Below, piece by piece: positions 8,650-18,967 of a stretch of 42,935 nucleotides of DNA. The notes below the pieces were generated by a model, which was not told where the DNA came from, ran no database searches, and saw nothing but the letters and a program-made list of their open reading frames with translations. This stretch comes from Armatimonadota bacterium (lineage in GTDB: Bacteria > Armatimonadota > Hebobacteria > CAIYQO01). Positions within the stretch are counted from its first letter, which is position 1; each line of letters starts with the position of its first letter. The translations under genes and the position numbers were made by a program. The DNA lies in the NCBI GenBank assembly GCA_038248345.1, contig JBBRXO010000010.1:1-42935 (forward strand), given 5' to 3'.

Positions 8650-10725
8650 ATGGCACGTGAATTTCCGCTTGAGCGAATGAGAAATATCGGAATTGCCGCG
8701 CACATTGATGCGGGCAAAACCACAATGACTGAGCGAATGTTGTTCTACACCGGTCGGTTGCACCGCATGGGGGAAGTTCATGACGGCGCCGCTACCATGG
8801 ACTGGATGCCGCAGGAGCAGGAGCGTGGTATTACCATCACCTCCGCTGCTACCAGTTGCCAGTGGAATGACCATCTCATTAACATAATCGACACCCCAGG
8901 CCACGTTGACTTCACCATGGAAGTTGAGCGATCAATGCGGGTACTCGATGGCGTCATCGGTCTATTCTGTGCCGTAGGCGGCGTACAGCCGCAGTCCGAA
9001 ACGGTATGGCGTCAGGCTAATCGTTATAAAGTTCCTCGTCTGGCCTTCGTAAATAAAATGGATCGTACCGGCGCCGATTTCTATCGCGTGCTGGAATCCA
9101 TGAAAGAGCGCCTGGGCGTGCGTCCGGTGCCGTTACAGCTCCCCATTGGAGCGGAGACCGAGTTCAAGGGCATCGTTGACCTGGTGAAGATGAACGCCGT
9201 AATATACCCCGATGACCTCGGGCAGTCTGGCGTCGTTACTGATATTCCGGAAGATATGCGCGAATTGGCTGACAAGTACCGCGAAATTCTCATTGAAGCC
9301 GCTGCTGATGGTAACGATGAATTGACCATGAAGTACCTGGAAAATGGCACGCTGAATAATGAGGAGATCGTCCTCGGCATCCGCGCCTGCACCGTCACTT
9401 TCAGTATGGTTCCCGTTCTCTGCGGCTCCGCCTTCAAAAATAAGGGCGTACAGCCATTGATGGATGCCGTTGTAGACTATCTTCCGTCACCGCTGGACAA
9501 AGGTTCAGTTACGGGTATCAACCCGGATACCGAAGAGGAAGAGATTCGTGAGCCATCTGATGACGCGCCTTTCTCCGCCCTCGCTTTCAAAATTATGTCC
9601 GACCCCTATGTGGGGCGTTTGACCTATATTCGCGTTTACTCCGGCACCTGCCCGAAGGGCACGGCGGTGATGAACTCGTCCAAGGACAAACGCGAACGCT
9701 TCGGTCGTATCCTGCGTATGCATGCCAATCATCGTGAAGATATTGACGAGATCCGCACCGGCGACATCGTCGCAGTGGTAGGATTAACCAATACCACCAC
9801 CGGTGACACACTGACGGTGATGAAATCGCCATTATTGCTGGAGTCGATGCACTTCCCTGATCCTGTTATCAGTGTGGCTATCGAACCAAAGACCAAGGCT
9901 GATGAAGAGAAGCTGCAGGAAGGGCTGATCCGCCTGGCAGCGGAAGACCCAACCTTTAAACAGTTCACCGACCCGGAGACCGGCCAGACCATCGTTGCCG
10001 GTATGGGCGAATTGCACTTGGATATTATCGTAGACCGCTTACGTCGTGAGTTCCGTGTGGAGGCCAACACTGGCAAGCCGCAGGTAGCCTATCGTGAAGC
10101 CATCACCATCCCGGCCAAAGCCGAAGGCCGTTATGTACGGCAGACGGGTGGACGTGGTAAATACGGTCACGTCTGGGTCGCGCTGGAACCGCAGGAAGCG
10201 GGCACCGGCTTCACCTTCGTCGATGCGATTGTCGGCGGTGTGGTACCGCGTGAATATATCAGTGCGGTAGAAGCCGGTATTAAGGAAGCGCAAGATAACG
10301 GTATCCTGGGTGGCTATCCGGTGATCGACGTCAAAGCAACCTTGTATGACGGCAGCTACCATGATGTAGACTCCGACGAAATGTCCTTTAAGTTCGCCGG
10401 TTCCATCGCGTTCAAGGAAGCCATGCGCAAAGCCAAGCCGGTACTGATGGAGCCAGTCATGAAGGTCGACGTAGTTACCCCGGATGGTAACCTCGGCGAC
10501 ATCATGGGTGACATCAATTCCCGTCGTGCCCACGTGTTGGGGATGGATCAGATATCTGCCGGATTGCAGGAGATACATGCCAACGTGCCGCTGGCCGAGA
10601 TGTTCGGCTATGCCACCACCATTCGCTCATTAAGCCAGGGACGCGCTACCTACTCAATGGAGCCATCGCATTATGCGCAGGTGCCTAGATCGGTGGCTGA
10701 GGAAGTGCTGGGCGTACGTAAATAG
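8650..10725 (+). CDS. fusA: Elongation factor G (canonical)
   Basis: Motifs [38 protein letters not shown]. 691 aa. Confidence 0.98.
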   Translation: MAREFPLERMRNIGIAAHIDAGKTTMTERMLFYTGRLHRMGEVHDGAATMDWMPQEQERGITITSAATSCQWNDHLINIIDTPGHVDFTMEVERSMRVLDGVIGLFCAVGGVQPQSETVWRQANRYKVPRLAFVNKMDRTGADFYRVLESMKERLGVRPVPLQLPIGAETEFKGIVDLVKMNAVIYPDDLGQSGVVTDIPEDMRELADKYREILIEAAADGNDELTMKYLENGTLNNEEIVLGIRACTVTFSMVPVLCGSAFKNKGVQPLMDAVVDYLPSPLDKGSVTGINPDTEEEEIREPSDDAPFSALAFKIMSDPYVGRLTYIRVYSGTCPKGTAVMNSSKDKRERFGRILRMHANHREDIDEIRTGDIVAVVGLTNTTTGDTLTVMKSPLLLESMHFPDPVISVAIEPKTKADEEKLQEGLIRLAAEDPTFKQFTDPETGQTIVAGMGELHLDIIVDRLRREFRVEANTGKPQVAYREAITIPAKAEGRYVRQTGGRGKYGHVWVALEPQEAGTGFTFVDAIVGGVVPREYISAVEAGIKEAQDNGILGGYPVIDVKATLYDGSYHDVDSDEMSFKFAGSIAFKEAMRKAKPVLMEPVMKVDVVTPDGNLGDIMGDINSRRAHVLGMDQISAGLQEIHANVPLAEMFGYATTIRSLSQGRATYSMEPSHYAQVPRSVAEEVLGVRK

Positions 10726-10765
10726 TAACGGATACAGCCCGTCAGGCGATTGAGATTCAGTGGTA

Positions 10766-10794
10766 TTGACGAGCGTTTCCTAAATCTGTATAAT
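10766..10794 (+). promoter_or_regulatory. sigma70-type promoter of the S10 operon
   Basis: TTGACG, 17 bp, TATAAT, located between fusA and rpsJ. Confidence 0.8.
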
Positions 10795-10915
10795 AAACAC
10801 TTGTTGCGCCCCCGGCATATCGGGCGCAGGTACTTTGAAAAACTTGCCGGTCGGTTCAGCGAGGACCGAACTGGTGCTGGAGGCATACCGTCCTATGCGC
10901 AAAGAAACACGCAAG

Positions 10916-11224
10916 GTGCCTGGAGACAAAATTCGTATTCGTTTGAAATCATTCGATCATCGAATTTTAGACCAGTCAGCCCTGAAGATCGTCGATACCG
11001 CCCGGAGTACTGGAGCACGCATTGCAGGCCCAGTGCCCTTACCGACCGAGATCAACAAGTTCTGTGTGAACCGCTCCCCACACGTTGACAAAGAGTCAAT
11101 GGAGCAGTTTGAAATGCGCACGCACAAGCGGCTCATTGATATACTGGAGCCGAACCAACGTACGATTGACGCGCTGATGCGCATTGATCTACCAGGCGGT
11201 GTGCATATTGAAATTAAAATCTAG
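10916..11224 (+). CDS. rpsJ: 30S ribosomal protein uS10
   Basis: [36 protein letters not shown]. Start is GTG 10916 or ATG 10895. Confidence 0.96.
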   Translation: MPGDKIRIRLKSFDHRILDQSALKIVDTARSTGARIAGPVPLPTEINKFCVNRSPHVDKESMEQFEMRTHKRLIDILEPNQRTIDALMRIDLPGGVHIEIKI

Positions 11225-11358
11225 TTTTCGCTAGTTTGATTTCAGAGATTTGATTGCCTGACACACAACCTTATGTGTGTCTCGACAATAACCCCGCTCC
11301 CGGGGTGCCCTATGAGCCAGCTCACGGCTCCGCTGGGGTGAGAAAGGAAGATTGAACC

Positions 11359-12141
11359 ATGGCTATTCGTAAGATGATCATGGGACGGAAAGTGGGCATG
11401 ACCCAACTCTTCGCGGAAGATGGCCGAGCAGTGCCAGTTACCGTGTTAGAAGTTGGCCCCTGCTATGTCGTCCAACGACGTAATAAAGACCGCGACGGCT
11501 ACGAAGCTGTCCAGGTCGGTTATATGGAATTTTCGGCCGGTGACGTGAAGCGCGCTGAGACTATGAAGCGCCTGCACGAGACCCGCCGTACCACAAATGA
11601 CCGCGCTAAAGTCACACAGGAGCCCCGCGGCCCACATCGTTTGACCCTTGCCCAGTTCGGGCACTTCGTCAAGCATAATGTGCCGGCTCTTCGTTTCCTC
11701 AAGGAATTCACCGTTGCCAATATCGACGACTTCCCCGAAGGCAAAGAAATCACCGCTGACCTCTTCAGCGTCGGTGATAAAGTCAACGTCATCGGCACCT
11801 CCAAGGGACGCGGCTTTACGGGCGTCGTTAAGCGGTACGGTTTCAAGGGCGGCAACGCCACCCACGGTTCCATGTTCCACCGTAAACCGGCCTCTGGCGG
11901 TGGTACTGATGCTGCACGAGTCTTCAAAGGCTCACGCCGTCCGGGACATTACGGTAATGAACAGGTAACTGTTAAGGGATTGACAGTAATGCGCGCTGAT
12001 GCGAGCAAAAATCTACTGGTGGTGACGGGCGCTGTGCCCGGTCCTTCAGGCGGAATGGTTGTGGTCACTATGACAGAGCGGGCAACCGCCGAGCATGGCC
12101 GCGGTCGCCTGGTGACCTTCACTGCATTGGAGAAAAACTAA
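11359..12141 (+). CDS. rplC: 50S ribosomal protein uL3 (with insertion and C-terminal extension)
   Basis: GRKVGMTQ, DGYEAVQ, GTSKGRGFTGVVKR, GAVPG. 260 aa. Confidence 0.96.
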   Translation: MAIRKMIMGRKVGMTQLFAEDGRAVPVTVLEVGPCYVVQRRNKDRDGYEAVQVGYMEFSAGDVKRAETMKRLHETRRTTNDRAKVTQEPRGPHRLTLAQFGHFVKHNVPALRFLKEFTVANIDDFPEGKEITADLFSVGDKVNVIGTSKGRGFTGVVKRYGFKGGNATHGSMFHRKPASGGGTDAARVFKGSRRPGHYGNEQVTVKGLTVMRADASKNLLVVTGAVPGPSGGMVVVTMTERATAEHGRGRLVTFTALEKN

Positions 12142-12821
12142 TGGCCACCTTGACAATGTATAACTCCGCTGGCGAAGTGTCCGGCGAAATGGAACTGTTG
12201 GCAGAGATCTTTGAAGTCCCGAGCAATATGTCGCTGATGAAGCAGTCTATTGTAACAACGCTGGCAAACTGGCGTCAGGGTGGGGCAGATACCAAGACTC
12301 GTGCCGAAGTGTCACATACTACCCGCAAGCTATTCCGCCAGAAGGGCACCGGTCGTGCGCGCCAGGGTATGAAGTCTGCTCCCCACTGGAAAGGCGGCGG
12401 CGTCGCTCACGGGCCGCACCCACATGACTTCTCCCTTTCATTGCCGAAGAAAATGCGCCGCAAAGCGCTGCTCTGCACGCTGTCTGCCAAGCTGGCAGCA
12501 GGGGAAGTATTCGGCGTGGAATCATATGGCTTCACTTATTTCCGCACCAGAGAAGCAGCCAACTTACTGAAAAAGCTAAAATTGACCGAGAAGAAAGTGC
12601 TGGTGGTATTCACCTCGCTGGAAGATCATTCAATTCGCGCTTTCCGTAACCTGCCTAAAGTGGTGATGACCACGGTAGACATGGTTGGCACCTATGACCT
12701 GCTCACTGCTGATGTCGTTCTCTTCACTCGTGAAGGGTTACAGACCATTCAGGATAATAAGTTGAAGCCATTAGGTAACGCGAACTGGGTTGCCAGACAA
12801 CAAATGGGAGGTGTTGCGTGA
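12141..12821 (+). CDS. rplD: 50S ribosomal protein uL4
   Basis: [33 protein letters not shown]. Confidence 0.97.
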   Translation: MATLTMYNSAGEVSGEMELLAEIFEVPSNMSLMKQSIVTTLANWRQGGADTKTRAEVSHTTRKLFRQKGTGRARQGMKSAPHWKGGGVAHGPHPHDFSLSLPKKMRRKALLCTLSAKLAAGEVFGVESYGFTYFRTREAANLLKKLKLTEKKVLVVFTSLEDHSIRAFRNLPKVVMTTVDMVGTYDLLTADVVLFTREGLQTIQDNKLKPLGNANWVARQQMGGVA

Positions 12822-13138
12822 TTAAGCCGCTTCATCATATCATTGTGCGCCCAATGCTCACCGAAAAGAGTGTTCGCAGCAATGAGCTGAAAAAATATAC
12901 CTTTGTAGTCGCATTGAGCGCTACCAAACCGGAGATCGCAACAGCGATTGAAATGATCTATGCCAAAGAGAAGATCAAGGTAGAAGTAGTACATACAATG
13001 CACATGCGTGGCAAAAAGCGCCGCAACCTGGGGAAGAGTGGTCGCCGCGGCGGCACCGGAATGTCCCCGGCTTGGAAGAAAGCTATTGTTACGTTGACGG
13101 CGGATTCGCCGACAATCCCGATGCTCGAAGGTGCCTAA
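12818..13138 (+). CDS. rplW: 50S ribosomal protein uL23
   Basis: RPMLTEKS, ATKPEI, WKKAIVTL; synteny. Confidence 0.95.
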   Translation: MIKPLHHIIVRPMLTEKSVRSNELKKYTFVVALSATKPEIATAIEMIYAKEKIKVEVVHTMHMRGKKRRNLGKSGRRGGTGMSPAWKKAIVTLTADSPTIPMLEGA

Positions 13139-13198
13139 ATCGCACTGCGGGAATAATATGGTCCCCCATGGCCGCTAAGCGTGGGAGTGGAGCAGGAA

Positions 13199-14032
13199 AT
13201 GCCTTTAAAAAAATATAAACCGACATCGCCGGGGCGGCGATTCATGACGACGGCGGACTTCTCGGAGCTCACTAAAAAAGAGCCGGAGAAAGCCCTCGTT
13301 CGTGAACTGAAACGCTCTGGTGGACGTGACACACAAGGTCACATCTCTTCCCGTTATATCGGCGGTGGCGCCAAACGTGCATATCGTATCATAGACTTCA
13401 AACGTCTGAAAGATGATATGCCCGCGACGGTAATTGCCCTCGAATACGACCCGAATCGTTCGGCACGCATCGCCCTGTTGGAATATACCGACGGCGAACG
13501 CCGCTACATCCTGGCTCCGTTAGGCGTCACGGTGGGCTCAGTGCTTGAAAGCGGTCCTAACTCGGACATCAAAGCCGGTAACGCGTTACCGTTGGCGAAT
13601 ATCCCGGTGGGTACTACCATCCATGCGATCGAGTTGAGCCTGGGCAAAGGGGCACAGATGTGCCGCTCTGCCGGTACCAGTGCACAGCTGATGGCAAAAG
13701 AAGGCAAGTACGCGACGGTTAACCTTCCTTCTGGTGAGATGAGATATGTGTTCATCAGTTGCCGGGCCACCATCGGCCAGGTAGGCAACGTCGAGCATGA
13801 GAACATCACCATCGGTAAGGCCGGGCGCACCCGCCATATGGGCAAGCGCGGTAAAGTTCGTGGTTTGACGATGAACCCTTGCGATCACCCGCATGGTGGT
13901 GGTGAAGGTAGCAGTCCGGTCGGACGCAAAAAGGGTCCGAGCACTCCGTGGGGTAAGCCGGCATTGGGTAAGAAGACGCGCGTAAACAAGCGCACCGATC
14001 GCTTCATTGTGAAGAAACGCGGAGCGAAATAA
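13199..14032 (+). CDS. rplB: 50S ribosomal protein uL2
   Basis: [36 protein letters not shown] at 13199. Confidence 0.98.
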   Translation: MPLKKYKPTSPGRRFMTTADFSELTKKEPEKALVRELKRSGGRDTQGHISSRYIGGGAKRAYRIIDFKRLKDDMPATVIALEYDPNRSARIALLEYTDGERRYILAPLGVTVGSVLESGPNSDIKAGNALPLANIPVGTTIHAIELSLGKGAQMCRSAGTSAQLMAKEGKYATVNLPSGEMRYVFISCRATIGQVGNVEHENITIGKAGRTRHMGKRGKVRGLTMNPCDHPHGGGEGSSPVGRKKGPSTPWGKPALGKKTRVNKRTDRFIVKKRGAK

Positions 14033-14071
14033 CGCTGACGAACCACACACAAATGGTGTGGGAGGGTGATA

Positions 14072-14353
14072 ATGGGCAGATCAGTCAAAAAAGGGCCGTT
14101 CGCGGACGAGCACTTGTTGAAAAAAGTTGAAGACTTGAATCGGAAGAGCGAAAAGCGTATCATCAAAACTTGGTCGCGCCGCTCCACGATATTTCCTGAT
14201 TTTATCGGGCATACCATCGCCGTTCACGATGGCCGCAAGCATGTTCCTGTGTTCGTCACGGAGAATATGGTGGGCCATAAGTTGGGCGAGTTCGCACCGA
14301 CCCGGCATTTCCGTGGTCATGCGGGTAGCGATAAGAGTTCTAAACTACGCTAA
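14072..14353 (+). CDS. rpsS: 30S ribosomal protein uS19
   Basis: [30 protein letters not shown]. Confidence 0.98.
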   Translation: MGRSVKKGPFADEHLLKKVEDLNRKSEKRIIKTWSRRSTIFPDFIGHTIAVHDGRKHVPVFVTENMVGHKLGEFAPTRHFRGHAGSDKSSKLR

Positions 14354-14437
14354 ATGCATCGGGCACGGCGCGGTAAATAAAATCGTGCAACGTGCCTGGA
14401 AGGCACCGGCGTTATGCCGGGGGAGATAGGCAAAGCC

Positions 14438-14869
14438 ATGGGCAAGAATTCACAAGAACGAGGATCACGGAAGCGCACACGCATTGAGCAGCACAAGGCC
14501 GAAGGCCTGGCGGTAGCTCATGCGAATGGCATCCGGATGGCACCTCTTAAAGTCCGCCGAGTGATCGACCTGATCCGCGGCAAGGATTATATTGAGGCGA
14601 TTTCAATCCTGAACTTTACACCGAATATCGCCGCGGAGCCGATCCGCAAGGTGGTGCAGTCTGCTGCGGCAAACGCCGAAACAAATTTGCACCTCGATCC
14701 AGAGCGGCTCTATATAAAGACCTGCTTTGTGGATCCCGGTTCCACTACTAAGCGCGTACACCCGACTACGATGGGACGCACACGCCTGGTACTGAAGCGG
14801 TCCAGCCATATTACGGTTCATCTGGCAGAACGAGAACGCGTTCGCACTACCCGCGGAGGGAGCAACTAA
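14438..14869 (+). CDS. rplV: 50S ribosomal protein uL22 (N-terminally extended)
   Basis: KVRRVIDLIRGK, SAAANAE, KRSSHITV. Start at ATG 14438 with SD GGGGAG. Confidence 0.95.
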   Translation: MGKNSQERGSRKRTRIEQHKAEGLAVAHANGIRMAPLKVRRVIDLIRGKDYIEAISILNFTPNIAAEPIRKVVQSAAANAETNLHLDPERLYIKTCFVDPGSTTKRVHPTTMGRTRLVLKRSSHITVHLAERERVRTTRGGSN

Positions 14870-15750
14870 TGGGTCAGAAGGTACATCCATACGGTTTTCG
14901 ACTTGGCATTATTCGTGACTGGCAGAGTCGCTGGTTTGCAGAAAAGGATTATAAGGAATTCGTAATCGAAGACCATAAAATCCGCACTTTCCTGCGCACC
15001 AAACTTGCTGGTATAGTCTCCTCCGGGGCACAGCGCCGTCCTGCACAGGGTGGGCGCAACAGCCGTGGTGGCAACGTCGATGCCGGAGTCTCGAACATCG
15101 AGATCGAACGCATGGCTAACATGATCAAGGTGACGATGCACACCGCACGTCCTGGTTTGATTATCGGCCGTGGCGGACGCGGTATCGACGATCTGCGCGC
15201 CGATCTGGAGAAACTAGTACCGCGCAAAGTGCAGTTGAATGTGCTGGAGATCAAGCAGCCGGAGCTGGATGCTTATCTGGTAGCGGAATCAATCGCCAGT
15301 CAGATCACCCGACGTGTATCGTTCAAGCGAGCCATTCGTATGGCAATCGCCCGAACCATGCAACGCGGCGGCAAAGGGATTAAAGTTATTGTGGGCGGAC
15401 GCCTGGGCGGCGCGGAAATTGCGCGCTCCTATGGTGACAAAGACGGGAAGATCCCACTTCATACCATTCGTGCCGACATCGACTACGGTAACACACACGC
15501 CGCAACTACCTATGGTAACATCGGGGTTAAGGTGTGGATATATCGTGGCGAGATTCTGCCGAAGGCTTCAATTGCCCCACGTCCGGCGGCACATCCAGCG
15601 GTAGCGGCAGTTGTTGCAGTGGATGAGAAGAAATCCAAGGGCTGGCGTCGCGTAACTCGCGATACGGCTGAAGAGCCGGTAGCCGAGCCGATTGTTGAAG
15701 TTATTGATGTAGTTTCGGCGGTCGAGGAAACACAACCCGAGCAGCTCTAA
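14869..15750 (+). CDS. rpsC: 30S ribosomal protein uS3 (with insertion and C-terminal tail)
   Basis: MGQKVHPYGFRLG, ARPGLIIG, GRLGGAEIAR, PLHTIRADIDYG. Confidence 0.97.
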   Translation: MGQKVHPYGFRLGIIRDWQSRWFAEKDYKEFVIEDHKIRTFLRTKLAGIVSSGAQRRPAQGGRNSRGGNVDAGVSNIEIERMANMIKVTMHTARPGLIIGRGGRGIDDLRADLEKLVPRKVQLNVLEIKQPELDAYLVAESIASQITRRVSFKRAIRMAIARTMQRGGKGIKVIVGGRLGGAEIARSYGDKDGKIPLHTIRADIDYGNTHAATTYGNIGVKVWIYRGEILPKASIAPRPAAHPAVAAVVAVDEKKSKGWRRVTRDTAEEPVAEPIVEVIDVVSAVEETQPEQL

Positions 15751-15780
15751 GAGCGGCACGGAGTTGAGGAGGAACGTAAG

Positions 15781-16212
15781 ATGTTAATGCCTGCGAAAGT
15801 AAAATTCAGGAAGCTGCATCGTGGAAATAAAAACGGTAAGGCTACCCGTGGTAATACCGTAGCGATGGGCGATTTTGGATTGATGGCTATAGAAAATTGC
15901 TGGATGACCAACCGCCAGATAGAAGCAGCTCGTATCGCGATGACACGCTATATTAAACGCCAGGGTAAAGTTTGGATCCGAATTTTCCCGGACAAGAGTG
16001 TAACGGCGAAGCCCGCCGAAACCCGTATGGGTTCCGGTAAAGGCGCTCCCGAGCATTGGGTATCGGTTATCAAGCCAGGTCGCGTACTGTTTGAGATGGC
16101 GGGAGTCACCGAAGAGCAGGCCCGCGAAGCCATGCGGCTGGCCGCGCACAAATTACCCATTAAGACAAAATTCGTCACTCGTGAGCAGACGAATGGGGAG
16201 GAAAACCAGTGA
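15781..16212 (+). CDS. rplP: 50S ribosomal protein uL16
   Basis: [33 protein letters not shown]. Confidence 0.98.
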   Translation: MLMPAKVKFRKLHRGNKNGKATRGNTVAMGDFGLMAIENCWMTNRQIEAARIAMTRYIKRQGKVWIRIFPDKSVTAKPAETRMGSGKGAPEHWVSVIKPGRVLFEMAGVTEEQAREAMRLAAHKLPIKTKFVTREQTNGEENQ

Positions 16213-16490
16213 AACTGGATGAACGACAACGGTTACATGCACTAAGCATCGCTGAATTGACTAAGGAGTTAGTGGACGCGGAAGCGCAACTGCTGACCTA
16301 CCGCTTTGATGCTGGGCTAAATCGCCTTTCCAATCCGGCGGGGATGCACAACACCCGCAAACTCATCGCGGTGCTGAAGACTATCATACGGGAGAAGGAA
16401 CTGCTGGCAGACAGCGGCTTCACCACGATGACCGAGTATAAGACTTATAAGATGGCCGAACGAGCCTCCTATAAGGCATCGAAGAGCTAA
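16209..16490 (+). CDS. rpmC: 50S ribosomal protein uL29 (C-terminally extended)
   Basis: Lies between rplP and rpsQ; pattern L..YRF...L..P......RK.IA.LKTIIRE. Confidence 0.9.
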   Translation: MKLDERQRLHALSIAELTKELVDAEAQLLTYRFDAGLNRLSNPAGMHNTRKLIAVLKTIIREKELLADSGFTTMTEYKTYKMAERASYKASKS

Positions 16491-16520
16491 ATGCCAACTG
16501 CGAGAGCAGGGAGATTGACC

Positions 16521-16790
16521 ATGGTAGAGATTGAAGAAGCCCGTAATCGTCGCAAAGTGCGCGAAGGGGTTGTTACTAGCGATAAAATGAATAAGACCGT
16601 GGTAGTGAAGGTTTCTGACCTGGTGCAGCATCCGCTGTACAAGCGTGTCATGAAGCGCTCGACTACCTTTAAAGCTCATGATGAGGAAAATCAATGCGGC
16701 ATTGGGGATAAGGTACAGATAATGGAGACCCGTCCCCTGAGTAAAGACAAATGCTGGCGCGTGACGACTATCATTGAAAAAGCTAAATAA
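16521..16790 (+). CDS. rpsQ: 30S ribosomal protein uS17
   Basis: [29 protein letters not shown]. Confidence 0.97.
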   Translation: MVEIEEARNRRKVREGVVTSDKMNKTVVVKVSDLVQHPLYKRVMKRSTTFKAHDEENQCGIGDKVQIMETRPLSKDKCWRVTTIIEKAK

Positions 16791-16857
16791 CACTCGGGAA
16801 AATTGAATACGCAAAGTCGTCGTCGGTATTGTTGGTAATTCATTAATGGAGTGATCT

Positions 16858-18942
16858 ATGAAAAATTATCCGACCGGACAGATCCGTAACATCGTCATCC
16901 TTGGGCATGGCAGTGCGGGGAAAACTTCTCTCGCCGAAGCCATGATGTTTCAGACAGGTGCTATCCAGAAGATGGGTAACATTGACCAGGGAACAACTGT
17001 GGCTGACGTCGATATCGACGAAATTCAGCGGAAGCATACTATATCAACCGCATTGTTGCCGATACAGTATGAAGACGTGAAGATAAACGTTCTCGACGCA
17101 CCAGGATATGCTGACTTTATCGGAGAAGTGACCAGTGCAATCTACGTGGCCGATGCCGCCGTAATGGTGGTTGACGGCACCGCCGGCGTGCAAGTGCAGA
17201 CGGATCGTTACTGGCGGATGGCGCGTGAGCAGCAGATGCCCGGTCTATTCTTTGTAACGAAGATGGACAAAGAAGGGGCGGACTTTGACAAAGTGCTGGT
17301 AGCACTGAAGAAGCGATTTGGCTCCGGAGTGGTGCCGATTCAATACCCTATTGGGAAGGAATCGGGTTTCCATGGAGTTATCGACTTAGTGCATATGAAA
17401 GCGCTGGTCGGAGATGAATCAACGGCGCGTCCGAAGATATCCGAGATACCGGCCGAGTATGCTGAAGTCGCAGAACGCATGCGGGAGCAAGTGATCGAAG
17501 CAGCGGCGGAGGCCAGTGATGACCTGACGCTCAAGTTCCTTGAAGAGGGAACACTGAGCGACGAGGAGATCATCAACGGTCTTCAGATAGTCATCCGTGA
17601 AGGAAAAACCTTCCCGGTGCTGATGGGTACAGGTACGAAAAATCTGGGCACCATACCGCTGTTGAAGACGATAATTGAATGTCTGCCATCGCCCAATGAG
17701 CGGCCCGCCGTTATAGCCCGGCAGAATGATGACGAGATTGAGCTGACGGCGCAAGATAATGGACCACTGGCGGCCTATGTCTTTAAGACTTCAATCGACC
17801 AGTTCGCTGGTAAAGTGAATTTTTTACGAATATTCTCCGGTTCGCTACACGGTGGCATGGAGTTATTTAATACGACGAAGGAATGCAAAGAGCGCATCGG
17901 TAACCTGTTCGAGCTGGTGAATAAACAGCAGGATGTGGTGGAGCGAGCGAGTGCTGGCGATATCGTCGAAGTAGCCAAGTTGCATGATACGGGAACTACG
18001 CATACGCTGTCGACAAACGGCGCGCGAATTCTCATTACTCCGGTGAAATATCCGGAACCGATGTTGAATTTCTCGTTATCGCCCGTCACCAAGGGTGATG
18101 AAGATAAAATGGCGCAGGGATTGCACCGCTTTATGGAAGAAGATTTGACGTTGCGCTTTGAGCAGGATGCCGAAACGCACCAGTCGATCATCGCTGGCAT
18201 GGGCGAATTGCAGATTGAGGTAACACGCGAGCGCTTGAAACGGAAGTTTAATGTCGCCACCGTGTTGCATAATCCGCAAGTAGCGTACCGTGAGACTATC
18301 CGCGTAAAGGCGGAGGGACATGGGCGGCACAAGAAACAGTCCGGCGGAGCTGGACAGTTCGGCGAAGTAATGATTCGCCTAGAGCCGATGCCACGGGGTA
18401 CCGGGTATGTTTTCGAGGATGCAGTGGTAGGCGCTTCGGTGCCGAATAACTTTATCCCGAAAGTGGACATGGGTGTGCGGGAAGCGATGAAGCACGGCCC
18501 CATCGCCGGTTTTCCGGTGATTGATTTTAAGTGTGTCCTATATGATGGGAAGAGCCATCCGGTGGACTCGAAGGAAATCGCCTTCATCACCGCTGGCAGG
18601 CTCGGTTTCCACGATGCCATGGAAAAGGCGCAGCCGGTGCTGTTGGAGCCGTATGTGAATGCGGAGATCACCATACCGGATGAGTTAATTGGAGACGTAT
18701 TCTCCGGCGTAAGCGGCAAACGGGGCCGCGTACAGGGAAGTGATTCGCTGGGGAGCGGGATGGCCGTTGTGCGGGTACAAGTGCCGCAGGCGGAGATGTT
18801 CCAGTATAGTAATGAATTACGGGCGCTATCCCAGGGGCGTGGGAGCTTCACCATGAGCTTCTCGCATTACGAAGATGCCCCGATGCAGATCACCGAAAAG
18901 GTGAAGGCTGAAGCGGTAAAGAGACATAGCGAAGAGCATTGA
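16858..18942 (+). CDS. Elongation factor G paralogue (EF-G2-like)
   Basis: 694 aa with all five EF-G domains. Divergent G motifs GHGSAGKT, RKHTI, DAPGY, TKMD; domain IV KKQSGGAGQFG and SHPVDS. Confidence 0.93.
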   Translation: MKNYPTGQIRNIVILGHGSAGKTSLAEAMMFQTGAIQKMGNIDQGTTVADVDIDEIQRKHTISTALLPIQYEDVKINVLDAPGYADFIGEVTSAIYVADAAVMVVDGTAGVQVQTDRYWRMAREQQMPGLFFVTKMDKEGADFDKVLVALKKRFGSGVVPIQYPIGKESGFHGVIDLVHMKALVGDESTARPKISEIPAEYAEVAERMREQVIEAAAEASDDLTLKFLEEGTLSDEEIINGLQIVIREGKTFPVLMGTGTKNLGTIPLLKTIIECLPSPNERPAVIARQNDDEIELTAQDNGPLAAYVFKTSIDQFAGKVNFLRIFSGSLHGGMELFNTTKECKERIGNLFELVNKQQDVVERASAGDIVEVAKLHDTGTTHTLSTNGARILITPVKYPEPMLNFSLSPVTKGDEDKMAQGLHRFMEEDLTLRFEQDAETHQSIIAGMGELQIEVTRERLKRKFNVATVLHNPQVAYRETIRVKAEGHGRHKKQSGGAGQFGEVMIRLEPMPRGTGYVFEDAVVGASVPNNFIPKVDMGVREAMKHGPIAGFPVIDFKCVLYDGKSHPVDSKEIAFITAGRLGFHDAMEKAQPVLLEPYVNAEITIPDELIGDVFSGVSGKRGRVQGSDSLGSGMAVVRVQVPQAEMFQYSNELRALSQGRGSFTMSFSHYEDAPMQITEKVKAEAVKRHSEEH

Positions 18943-18967
18943 ACCGCAAGCCGAGAGGTTTAGCTAA

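Noticed and set aside
17775..18854. 359-aa antisense ORF within the EF-G paralogue, and similar ones at 1611-2624, 36089-36850 and 36979-37788
   Set aside because: Shadow ORFs opposite well-conserved GC-rich genes, with no recognisable motifs.
16858..18942. TetM/TetO ribosomal-protection protein or LepA/TypA
   Set aside because: Length and domain IV motifs (KKQSGG.GQFG, SHPVDS) are EF-G-like, and it lacks the AHVDAGKT/RGITI motifs those families retain.
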